A DNA stretch of 64,000 nucleotides from positions 13,525,675 to 13,589,674 of the forward strand of contig OZ037768.1 in the NCBI GenBank assembly GCA_964035545.1, given 5' to 3'. The position numbers and the translations under genes were made by a program. The notes under the pieces are model-generated. The model was given only the letters and a program-made list of their open reading frames with translations, was not told the origin of the DNA and did not search any database. Position 1 is the first letter of the stretch, and every line of letters begins with the position of its first letter. The DNA is from Bugula neritina. Taxonomy: Eukaryota; Animalia; Bryozoa. Positions 1-11,630 of the stretch are shown in pieces.

Positions 1-171
1 ATGCTTTAAAGAGTGAAAGTGAAAAGGGGGGAAATTGGTGACATAGAGAAAATAAAATGCTTATTTCCCAAAATATTGCAGAACAAAATTACCTCTTGAA
101 ATGACTGTATAAAAACTAATTTTATGACGCAAAACCAACTTATCAATTACAAATTAATGAAGCTTTATTAC

Positions 172-346
172 CTTCACCAGGAAAATAATCTTTCCAGAGA
201 CTGTATGGACATGAAATTTCTTCTGGTAACTGAGCAGCAGTAGAATGTTGAGAAAACTGAGACCTGTTTGATGGAGTTGAGCCGCCTCGTCTGCTGTATG
301 GTCTCCACCTGCTGCCACCTCGCCATGGACGACCTCGGCCACCCAT
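172..346 (-). CDS. MCM8: Probable MCM8 helicase, first coding exon (gene continues off the left edge)
   Basis: Exon 361-172 has an AG acceptor at 363-362 and a G|GTAATA donor at 171. ATG 346 gives MGGRGRPWRGGSRWRPYSRRGG...CPYSLWKDYFPGE. An RG-rich N-terminus followed by PYxxWKxYF matches the metazoan MCM8 start as I recall it (human PYKGWKLYFSE). Only one exon is visible. Confidence 0.65.
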
Positions 347-1689
347 CTTGTAGAATTATTCCTATAATTAAAAAGAAAGTAAAAAATTCAGCAACACCAA
401 TATGAAACTTGGATATATTGGCATTGTATTAATTGATAATATTAAACCATACCCCTAGTCTTGAATCATTTATATTTAAATTACTTTTAGTATACTACTG
501 CTAAACAAAGCCCTGCCACAGTAAATGGCTATTCATATAGCCTTTTTGTTACAAAAACACAGTTATTGAAAAAACTACAAAACTAGGTTTTTGCTTCAAA
601 CTCCTTCATGCAGCTAGATATTTAGCGTACAAACAATAACAGAAGAAATATTACCTGAGGTATTGGTCAACTTACTTCTAAAGTGAGTCTTGTAGAAAAT
701 TGTGCTTGCTTACCTGAACACAGTAGTTCTTGAACTGCTCAACTGCTCATTATTTAATCATTCAGACGGTCTGCATCTAAATTCACCAATAATTCAATAA
801 CATTTAACTAAACAACTGCTTCAAGAATAAAATTGCCAACATGCTAATTTTGAGGCTATTAGAGATTTATAAGAGATCCATTAGTTAAAAATGTAGAATA
901 TTTACTCTTTTTCATTTGAATTTAGTTCTGTCATTTTATTTATGCTCTATAATTTAAAATTCCTAGTATTAAATCAGTTCTGGTGACTGTAGTGATGAGT
1001 GATACAGTTGACATTAATGCTGAGACACCATAATCTAACCTTGTAAAATGGCTGTTGTCAACAGGTTACATTCTATCTCTTATACAAACTTTAATAGTCA
1101 TTGCACCAATAAGCATACATATAATACTATTATAACCAACTTGTATTTAAAAAACTTAGCAATGGAGTCCAGCAAAATACAACTTTTGCTACAAACGTTT
1201 GTGCTGCACTGAATAGCGCAAATAAACAAGAACAGGCTTTCATACATCACACATGCCAAAAACTTCTGTACTTAGTATCGGTTTGCTTTCAAATTCATTC
1301 AAGTCAACTGAGTTGCTTGTTCAATTGTTAAAGTCATTGCTCAAATTTAACTTATATTTTAATTTGAAAGCTAGGTCCAAAATAAGAAAAGTAGGGTGGG
1401 TGACTTTATAGATTCCAGCACATTTAGTTGGACTAACTGTTAAATGTTGTAAGATCTCTGCAATTAAAGAGCTGCAAATTAAAACTTTAGCCGTGAGTAC
1501 TGATATAGAGTACATAACTGCAGACCTGATCATATTGATTTAAAATCAAAAGGCACAAACTTTAACTTAGCAAATTTTCATTAAGATTGAGAAATGAAAA
1601 ATATTTATATACAAGAAACTAAAGTAGTACTATAAAATATTCATAATTTATAGCCACATCAGGCCCTCCTACTGTTTTAATCAGGCCCT

Positions 1690-1810
1690 CAGCCAATCAC
1701 TAGGAATTCTAATAATTTCATTGGTTTCTAAATCATTCACAGTAAGTGTGCGCTAAGCAACACAGGCCAATCATGAACATGACTCATGAGAGGATTCTGG
1801 CCAATGTATA
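1690..1810. promoter_or_regulatory. CCAAT-box cluster, candidate MCM8 promoter
   Basis: CCAAT at 1693, 1767 and 1801, ATTGG at 1720, and a CATGACTCATG near-palindrome around 1778-1788. Lies upstream of the minus-strand MCM8 exon. Confidence 0.3.
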
Positions 1811-2349
1811 GTTGTTGAAACTAATAATCACCTTCAGTGAGCATAAGCATAGCAGTATTACAACTTGAGTTGTGTGATGTTGCTCCAACAACAGTTAGCT
1901 TCTACACTTCACCAGTAACCAGTAAGAAGTACTCTACACTAGCTAAACTGGGACTAAGAGCACTAAGCATATTTGGTTATACTTAAAACTTTGAATGCAT
2001 GTTTTCTAGCATGAACCATATAAAAAATAGTAATAGAACATAGCCCAAAATGAGCATCTGCAAGATTTTCTTTGAGTAGCCACACATGAACCCATTACTA
2101 GCAGTGACATTAGTGCTATTAAGGCTACTAAAAGTCTTTTTCATGCTTCTCATTAATTACAGTACTATAAGTGTACCCAATCAAATTTTTTGCTGTTTTC
2201 TTGCTTGGTGAACTATATACAATTTGTTGTTAGATTAATAAACTGTCATATGTTTTGTATTCTGCATCTACATTCTGCAATTTATACTTACAGCTTAGGA
2301 AACATAAAAAAGCTATTTATATTTGCATTTGGTGATGCAGCATTGTACA

Positions 2350-2420
2350 ACAAGCCTGGCCCTTCTTACGTCTTAAATCTAGAGATCCGGCCCTATTTCA
2401 AAAACATTTGCCCATCCCTG
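2350..2420. mobile_element. Right-end remnant of a hAT-type MITE
   Basis: Ends ...CCGGCCC...AAAAACATTTGCCCATCCCTG, typical of the TTTGCCCACCCCTG terminus of non-autonomous hAT elements. No matching left end seen. Confidence 0.4.
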
Positions 2421-2539
2421 GCTTATAGTAATAGTTTAAAAGTATTAGGCCAAAGAAATATATAGTTTAGAAATATAACACCATCCTTCTGTACCAGAGT
2501 GGTTCAATAAAAAAGCTGTGAAAACTAGAGAGGATAAGG

Positions 2540-3720
2540 AAAGCACATAGAAAATCCAAAATCAGCTGAGTTAACTTTGATCACAAACAGCTGGAGGTGA
2601 TACGCAAAACCTTCTCCACAAGCAGAATATATTGTCCACTGAAAAGATGGAACTCTAAGCCTTTCTTCAAACTGCTCAGAGTGAACAGAAATAAAATACA
2701 AGGGCAAGTGGTATTAAAGGACCAACAGAATGTACTGACAGGAGATCCTGTCCGATGCGCTGAGTTGCTTAACACGTTCTTTCAGAGTCAATTTCAGTAG
2801 GAGTATATGGCAAGAGACATCCCGGGGGTCCAAGCTGATGCCCAAGATTTTATTAATGTCACACTGGAGGGGGTTGCCAAACTGATACAAAACCAAACTG
2901 TGAACACCACTAAAGATGCGGAAGTGTTCCAAAATGACGTCAACGCTGTCTATGAGTGGTTTACAAATGGAAAAGGCCCTTCAACGAAAATAAATGCCTG
3001 GCAATTAACTTTGATAAAGTGACCCCCTCCATCTCTCATTACAAACTCAGTACCACATGGGACGAAAACACTAAATACCTTGGTGTACTAACTAGTCAGA
3101 TTTAAGAGTTGACCAGCACATAAATGAGAAGTGTACCAAGTTCCAGAAAGTCATTGGAGGGATCAACCACTTGATGTATGATGCCCCAGAGGAGGCTAAG
3201 CCACTGGCTTACACAAGTCTATGTAGATTTATACTTGAGTATGCAGATGTGGTTTAGGATCCTGTGACTAGAAGCAAGGTGCATGATATAGAGCTGGTCC
3301 AGAAAAGTGCCATACAGTCCGTAAGCAATCTGAAGGGGCACACTGACAGTGTATCTGAAGCAAGGAACGAGTTTGGGACTCCAGTCGCTGGAAGACAGAA
3401 GAAAAAAACCACCGACTGTGTTTACTGACCCAGATTCTTCAGAAACTTCAGCACCAAACTCTATCCAGAGCCTATGACGGGATTATTGATAACAAGGGGC
3501 TCGTAACTGTAACCACCAAGGCGGGTACCAGAGGAGAGCTCACCTCGATATCAGCTAGGAAAAACATGTTGGACACTAGTTTTCTGCCACAAACAATTTT
3601 GCGACGCACGGAGAATACAATAAATAATTACACAACAGCAAAATGCTGTAGCAAGTGCTAACCTTGGCCCAAAATAAGTTGATCACTAGACTCTAGAGGC
3701 TTCCCTATAGACATTTCAAT
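2540..3720 (+). mobile_element. Decayed non-LTR retrotransposon (CR1/L2-group LINE ORF2 remnant) with internal deletion
   Basis: Frameshifted motifs occur in LINE order: AELLNTFFQSQF, INVTLEGVAKLI, FQNDVNAVYEW, KWKRPFNENKC, TKYLGV, AYTSLCRFILEYADVV*DP, IELVQKSA, LGLQSLEDRR, SFLPQTI. In-frame stops and frameshifts are present. Confidence 0.85.
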
Positions 3721-3749
3721 TGCTGTGGAAGTCCTACCCTAACTGAGGT

Positions 3750-4640
3750 AATATAGTTATATTCATACTGATATATTAGACTTTAGATTAACAATCATAT
3801 TAACAGCAAATGTAATACTAATACTAATAGTAATAGTTATATTTAAAAGTAAATTAAATGATTTAATTTTATAGTCATTACTAAAATTTCAAGTTAATCC
3901 GTATGTAGTAATTACATTTACCCTACTAAGTGCTATTACTTTTAGTATTAGACTAAAACTTATAGTTAAAATGTAGCTTAAAGTTAAACTTAAAGCTAAT
4001 TATTAATATCAAGATAATCATAACGTTTATCTCTATGTTATACTTATTGTTATATCAATATCAATCATCAAACTCAATGTCAAACTCAATGTTGATGTGA
4101 TTGTGCAACAGCAAAGTGTTTTTTAAATAAAATAGCTTCAACATTTTTATTACTATTACTGTATTAGTACTAGTAGCATTATTAGTATTAGTATTACTAT
4201 ACTAGTATTACTATTACTAGCTTACAGTTAGTGTTACCGCTATCACTTATAAATAGTGAAATAGTAATACCACCAGTACTAGTAGTAGTACTGCACTAGC
4301 ACTACACTCAACTTACACTTAGTGACTTACACTTAGTGACTTACAGTACTACCAGTACCACTACCAGTTTGAGTGTATTCCACTTGGAGGCATCCACTTG
4401 CAGCATACAATTATTGAATCTATGATTATGATGGTGATCATAATGATAATTATCATTATGATACAAATTGAAATAACTAAAATATGAATATGAATATCAT
4501 AATCATTGTCAATACCAATATGAATATCAATATCAATATGATTAAGATTATGAATATTAATGAATATGTTCAGATTATGATGTTTATTTGATGTTATGAA
4601 TAACTGAATAAGTATAACATTAAGTTTACCAATTAGCATT
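3750..4640. repeat. Low-complexity tract with drifting 6-nt periodicity
   Basis: Runs such as atatca-atatca-atcatc-aaactc-aatgtc-aaactc-aatgtt, (attagt)n and (aatatg)n, plus a 14-bp unit acttacacttagtg x2.5 at about 4311-4346. Confidence 0.75.
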
Positions 4641-4900
4641 TAAGTTTATAAAATGCATTCATTTTACCATAAAACATACCACAATAATGCACAAAGTTTA
4701 AGTATCTATTATCCTAATCATTGATAATCGTGTTGATATAGCCTCATGGCCCGTGCATTCCTCGGGGAATAAAATGTCAATATCACACTGCATGCATTCA
4801 CTGTTTTACATCGAGCGCCATGCAACTTGAATATTATTGGCTACTATGATTTAGAAACGTTCATTAGCTAATTCTTGACCAATAGACTGTGTTGTAAGTA

Positions 4901-4913
4901 GTATCCGAGTAAC
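4901..4913 (+). promoter_or_regulatory. Candidate RFX X-box upstream of TEX47
   Basis: GTATCC-G-AGTAAC fits a relaxed GTNNCC-N-RGYAAC consensus, ~30 nt before ATG 4942. ATTGG/CCAAT lie near 4836 and 4880. Confidence 0.35.
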
Positions 4914-4941
4914 ACAGTTACAAAAGCATTAAAAAAGCAAA

Positions 4942-7436
4942 ATGGCGAGTGCTAAGAGAAGTAAAACTCGAAGTCCAAATAGTAGAATGACAGATATTGA
5001 GCCATCTTTTTTGGAAGCCAAGCATAGCATTTTGCATGCTGTTGAAGAATCAATGAGAGAAAAGGTTTTATGATATAAAACATAATTATTTTTTATTAAC
5101 TTCGCCAAAACTAATACTTTTTACTATGTCTATTGTATAACAGAAACTTGTAACTTAAACTACAAGTACAAGTATTAGTATTTCTATAAGTATACTTGAA
5201 ATTTTCTTATAACAGTAGTTGCAAAAAGGATATTTACTTTGCTATTGGTGGCACTCAGGTTTATTAAGTTAGTTTGGTTTAATGGATTTCACTTGCTGAC
5301 AGTATAAATGTATAATAGATCAACAATTATTATTTACCAAAATGTTGATGTAGGCAAGAATAATTTTAGCATGAATGTAAACATTAAATGTAATTTAATA
5401 ATATTGAATTCAAGAATTTATATGTTTATGAGGTTAATCAAGCTGGTATGATTTTAAGCTACAAAGATTACAACTGAAAATAGTATGCAATATGCTACAG
5501 TCTAGAGACATTTAATAACTTTATACTTTAAAAATTGAAGTGTGAAAACTTAAAAAAAACATTCTGACCATTTTATTAACATATAAATATAATAATGACC
5601 AATAATTTTATTAAAACTATTTGTCAAAATATAAGTTTAAAGTATTATAAGAAGTCTCAAGTCTACCATTTATAATTTTATCCTTCATCATTTCAACAAT
5701 AGTATCAAAGACTATAAAAGAGTATACATAAAATATAGAAACCATGTAAAAATAATTACCAATATTATAGCTTATAATTCTTACAAAGTTTTTTGCTATT
5801 TAGCTATTTGTTGCAGAAATATCAAACTCATCGAATGGTTTGCATTTCAAAAATAATCGCTGGAGTTTCCACTAAAAGCATTGGAGGTAATATTTTAAAA
5901 CTTTCTTGATTTGTTATTTTCTATTAAATGAATCTTGGACTAAATAAATATTTTTGATATAATTATAAGCAATAGAACATAATGATGATAGAAGTAACAC
6001 AACTTAATAAATGACAAACTATGTTAAAACTTTTGCAGAGCATTTCAGCAATGTGGTGAAGGAGATACCGCAGCCAGAAGATGTTTCTGGACTGCTGCTG
6101 ATCTTCCCTATGCACTGTGTTCACATAGTAGAGGTAAAATTGAAATAATATTTTACTCTTTCATATTGGAAATGTAATAAAATTATGCTAATACTTGCCA
6201 GATCTTATAAAAACTGTCTCAAGTGCAATTAACTTTTTTTTAGCTAAGTATTGCTATTATATAATAAACATAGTAGTTTTCAATAATATTTATTTATTCA
6301 AGGGTGCAATTGAGACGTTGCTAGCATATTTAAGAGACCTCCGGAAACAAAAATACTCTCTATTCACCCATTCAAAGATATTGGTTATTGCACACAACAT
6401 TACCACGACACTTTATCAGGTAAATGACAGTCTGAGAGTAATTTTTACCAATAATGAAGAACTAGGAGTCTTGCATAATATAGTGATTCTAATGCAATAT
6501 CAATGCTCTACATACAATATTATGGTGAGAAATATTATCATTTCGATTTTTAGAACTGGATGTCTCATGAGCTTGATATTCAAGCTACTGGAATTGGAGA
6601 GTATGAAACCTCAGAGCCAACTGAAAACATAGTTATCGAAATTGTTGTTAATGTAATCAAAATTGGGGCTCATTTATCTAAGCAACCCAAGGTGATCTTA
6701 TATAGTGGATAATTTTTGTTATTCATCAACTAATAAACACTATGGAAAAAATTCATAGTACTGTATGTTTGCCAATACACATATTTTCTGCTCTTTTACA
6801 TAATAGTAAATTTTATGGTTATTATTTTTTATTAACTGAATTTTGCAGCTTAGTTACAACACAGCAGTACAGGCTCTGCATGAAAAAGTACCAGAAGCTT
6901 TACCACAGCAAGGTAAAGAAAGCATCAGACCATGCTTTTAGAATGTCCACTGTTCTCATCAGCTTGATAGATGCAATGTAGTTTTCAAACTGATTCTATC
7001 ACATTTAAAATCTTTTGGAAGCTCATCCCACACTTGAATAACTTGGATTACCAACTCCATGTATTTATGGTGTTAAATGTTGATAACAAGTTGTTGATTG
7101 CTACAGATGTTTTGGAATATTTACTGGAGCGACCAGATCCAAGCTTGCAAACTGTGGAGGAGTTTTTACAGATATACGAATCGCCATACAAGATCACTCC
7201 TGCAAGCGGTAAGTACAAGCAGCAGGAATTTCATATACTTTCAATAAACATCTGCAGATTAACTTCCCAAAACTGAAACCAGAATCGAAATGTCAATTAA
7301 TATAATAAGCTCAAAAATTGCAGACTGATTTTCATGAAGGTTCCGCTTGTATTTTTCATAATGCCATTATTTTTTTATTTTACTTGTAGAAGTTGTTTGG
7401 CCAATGCCTGATCATCTTTTACCATCATTTTCCTGA
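4942..7436 (+). CDS. TEX47: Testis-expressed protein 47-like (8 coding exons)
   Basis: Phase-consistent GT-AG exons: 4942-5064, 5817-5886, 6039-~6133, 6303-6419, 6554-6691, 6849-6912, 7107-7208, 7390-7436. Protein contains HRMVCISK, VSGLLLIFPMHCVHIVEG, SKILVIAHNI, KVPEALPQQDVLEYLL and C-terminal SEVVWPMP, which match my recollection of the TEX47 family. AATAAA at 7516. Confidence 0.8.
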
Positions 7437-7600
7437 AAGTATGATTTACTCCATTACTTGGAGAAGTGTGAGAGAACATTGATCTATTAAATGAAACTAT
7501 AATGCATATTGTGAAAATAAAATGTTCAATTCAGTTTTTTGTATACATTTATTTATGCCAGATTTTAGCCCATCACAATAAATATACAGCTGTTTTTTCT

Positions 7601-8498
7601 CTACTTGATTTCTTTCACAGATAAACCTACAAAAAATTAGGACATAGATCTTCAAATTGAAGGTATTTGTTTGAGCTTCTCAAATAGATATATTATCTCC
7701 TAATTAAATATCAATCAACATGTGAATCCAATAAAACAATCTACATCAGGGATGTTCAACCTGGTCAGAGCAAGGGCCACTAAAATGTAATATACTAGTA
7801 GCAAAGGCCGCTTTGAAAATTTTAGATTAAGCTGAGGCTTTTAAATTACTCTATTCAAAATTCCTATGAAGTTCCAATAACTACTGCAGACTGCATGTTT
7901 TTGTAGGATGTATATAAAACATTTAAAAAGTGGCATATACATATGCAAAATATGCCTTTGAGAGCCACATAAATGTTAGGCTGGGGAGGGGGGTCGAATC
8001 CGACCCTGGAGCCGCCTAGTGGACAGCCCTGCTCTAAATGAAAGCCTGCAAAATTTTAACTTGACAAACCTGGAGGCAATGACTGTTTTAGTTTCTCGGC
8101 CTTTTCTCTATCTTGAATAACCAATGTGTAAAGATATTTACTGCATCTCACTTTAAATTTGACATTAGTTTCATTCTTCTTGATTTTAACAGCTGAAATG
8201 AAAGAGCATAACCATAATACACGCAACGCATACTTTACAATGCAATCATCCGATGCCATCAATAGTCTGTTTACAATTGCAATCTTTTTATTGAATTACA
8301 TGTGTTAATAAAATGTTCAATGCATTATGTTCAAAAACAACTTGGAATTTCTAATTAAAAATTGACCTATGATTACATGCAAAATACTATATTATAACCT
8401 TCGACACTAATATTTCGATCACACCAATACATACATTTGGCATCTTTCCTTCTGGCCGTCAATAAGAAGTCTTTGATTTCCATTATTTGACGAGGCAT
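7601..8498 (-). CDS. RPL38: 60S ribosomal protein L38 (eL38)
   Basis: Coding exons 8498-8435 ([21 protein letters not shown]), 8192-8070 ([41 protein letters not shown]) and 7626-7601 (GLSVKEIK*). Canonical GT-AG junctions; minus-strand AATAAA at 7553-7548. Confidence 0.98.
7747..8031 (+). mobile_element. hAT (Charlie-like) MITE, copy 1, in RPL38 last intron
   Basis: Termini CAGGGATGTTCAAC ... GTGGACAGCCCTG with a degenerate 8-bp TSD (atctacat/ctctaaat). Internal segments are shared with the copy at 57267-57557. Confidence 0.8.
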
Positions 8499-9742
8499 AT
8501 TGGTGTTTTGGATGTGAGACTTCTCTATAAAGATACATTTATGGGTGATGAGATGTTAAAGGACATTACAATAATAAATATGCATATATGATGTATAACA
8601 CACACGCAAGCATAACACATGAGAGAGTAATGCACAAGATCTCAATAGTTATTGATAAAACCATAAAAACTACCTTGAAAATAATGTGAAAGTAATACTG
8701 CAAAAGTTCATGGAGCTAAATGTTAATTATATCATTAGTCTACATGATAATACAATTTGACCATAAACCTCAATACAATACAATAATCAATTAAGAGACA
8801 GTCCACTTTTATGGATTAATTAAAAGAAGTTGGCTAAACTTTGATCAATATGAATATGCAGAAATAGGAACATCCCTGCAAAAAGGCAGCAAATACATTA
8901 TCTACATGAAAATATCAGCATTAGAATATTGGCAGCTTTGAATACTTTTGAATTGAATTTTTGTTATAAGATTAAAAACCTGTGGTTTCTAATCAATGCT
9001 CTAAAGCTTAACTTAAACTTCTAAATCTAAGGACTTGGGCTTGTGTGAGCCAGTCAGGAGATTACAACTTTAGCTTTAAAGAGAGGCAGTACTCTGACTC
9101 ATAAAAAACAACAGGTTTTGATGACTGAATTTTTAGTTTGCTCATTACCACTACAAGTAGATTAACTGATTAAGTTTAGCGTTCGAGTTGATGGCCACAT
9201 CACAATGGAACTGGCAGTGGTACTAGCCGATAACTGACGTGAGACCCAGTCTATCAATCAAACTAGCTATCGCACCCCAATTTTTTTTAAAAAAGTGCAA
9301 GTTACTTCAACTTTTAGTACAACTCTGCAGCTAATCTATTCTTAAAATTAGAAGCCAAAGGTGTCGGTATGACAAAATATTAGTCTTGGAAACTGAAAGT
9401 GGTTTGTGCTTTTAAATGTTATACTATCAATGTTCTAAATTTGAAAATGAATGATTATCACACGGGTTTTTGTATTATCAATATTTGGAAGATATTAGCT
9501 AATGATAATACATTGTAATTGTTGAACCTACTCACTGCCATGTACAGGTAGGTACGTAGTTCTAATTGATTATCCCAGCGATAAAGATTTTATTTTAGCA
9601 ACTAAGATATTCTCACTACAATACTTGCACAAACTGCTGTATTAGCAGCAATTTGTTAACTACAGCATACACTTTTTGAAGATGGATGAAGATTAATTAT
9701 ACTAACCTTTATTTTAGAGAAATATCGACATTCACAATTCAC

Positions 9743-9770
9743 CTTGAAAGGAAATTGGGAAGAAGAATTT
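9743..9770 (-). promoter_or_regulatory. Probable RPL38 non-coding first exon with 5'TOP/TCT pyrimidine tract
   Basis: Minus strand reads TTCTTCTTCCCAATTTCCTTTCAAG|GTGAAT. A pyrimidine-rich start followed by a strong donor is typical of ribosomal protein genes. The acceptor for the ATG-bearing exon is at about 8525. Confidence 0.6.
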
Positions 9771-11630
9771 TCGCAAAATTAGGTTTTTCGAAAAAAACAA
9801 ACAATATTTAATTTTGATTTTATATATGTAAAAAAATATTTTTAGTAAATTAATAAATTTTAAAATTAAATAACCATAAATTAAAAAATATTAACTCTGA
9901 ATCTTGGAGCGTGTGAAAATTTAGTTACAGCTTGAACCTAGAGCAGCGTGATAATGTGCCCTTTTACCCTTTGACATAGAGGAAATAACTCTGTATCTCG
10001 TTGACACCAGCAAAAAGTTGTAATACAGAATACGGATAATAATAGTTTGAACAAAATACAGCAAATTTCAATCATATATACCACAACTTAAAAAGGCTGC
10101 ATAATCTAATCACAAAACAATAAAACATAATATGTATAATAAGCCACAGACCCAAACAACTATAAGTAAAAATTTTATGTAGGCTGGGATATAGAATTTT
10201 TAATATAATCTGCATGAAAATGAAGTCTTTTTGGAAGCTTCTGAAAAACAATATCTAGCTTCCTGTATTTAAAGTGTAAAAACACAGACAATAATAAGTA
10301 TACTGGTATAAAGGACCATGTACAGTTAAAAGCTATAAAAGTTGAAAGTGAGAAATTTAGAAGTAAGTAAAACCCTTATTTAGAGCGGTTTACCTCTTAA
10401 TGGATCAACAGCCATCTACCAAAATAAAAAAACTGCGATAACTAGCACAGCTATTTTGTTGGCAGCTCTTGCATATGTACATAACCTAAGAGGTATTGGC
10501 CATGCCCTTCTTCCTGTGAAAATTACGTCATAGCTAAAAAAAGTCCCGACAGCTTTTTTAAACCGTAAGTACAGCCATGGCGTTTCAAAGTTCAAGTGCC
10601 AGGGACCTCATGCTAAATTGAGAAGGGTTTTAAATATAATGGTTAAAGCTATGGCTTTTTCAAACCAGCTACATTCCCCTGGTCAAGAAGGTGCTCCAGC
10701 TTACCAACAGTGTTTAAAATACACCGTACAGCAAACAAAACTTTGCTGCATTGACATGCATGACAGATACATGTGTGTGTGTGCGCGTGAGGTATGGCTG
10801 GTAAACATGTATAAATATATTTTTTTAAAGGAAAACCACTAAAAACAATATGAGTATGATTGCCATTAAAATCTCAAAAGCTTTTCTTCAATGGCAAAGT
10901 TCAAACATTTTATTAATGTACACATGTAGATTATTTAATTTGTTATTTTTTAAACATAAAGCCACTAAAAGTTGAAAAATAGATATTTGGACTCTAGCTA
11001 GCCAATATTGAAAACATTTTTTCAAAAGCACTTCAGCAACAAGTAGCTTTAACACAGTGTCTTGTATTATTAAATTTGGTGCCCTAAAATATGAAGCTTT
11101 TGGGTTTTTCTACAACTATAGTTTTTAGATAAAATGAAAAGCTCCAAATGATTGATCATGGCAAAAACTTAAGGCCCTTAATTCTTCAGTGATTTGAAAA
11201 AGCTTAAAAAATTCTGATCTAACATGACGTTTATTTCACAAAATAAACACATTGCTTAAATATAACTTTGTGACTAATTTTAACCAAACCAAAACAAACC
11301 TACTGTCTATATTATTTATACCAATAACTTTTTTCACACTCTTACAAAAACAACAAGTTGCATGAATGCAAATAAATATCAATTTTATAACTAAAATTCA
11401 ATATAAGCTTAGAACAACTATAACATAAAATTCGATTTGCTAATGAATGGAAGTATGGACGGTTTTGGGGCAGTCAACAATAAACCAGCTTGCCAACTGC
11501 GAGACTTTAATAAACTACAAAAATAAAAATAATGTAACAATATAAATACATTACACAGAAGTTTTATTATAAATACAGCTCACACTATAATTATGTTAGT
11601 GCATAAGTATAAAGCAATGACAGGACTAAA

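Noticed and set aside
4361-4639. 92-aa Ile-rich ORF and similar ORFs at 19296-19547 and 20377-20565
   Set aside because: Translations of the hexamer-periodic low-complexity tracts.
8193-9742. snoRNAs in RPL38 introns
   Set aside because: I looked for sense-strand C/D and H/ACA box pairs and found none convincing by eye.
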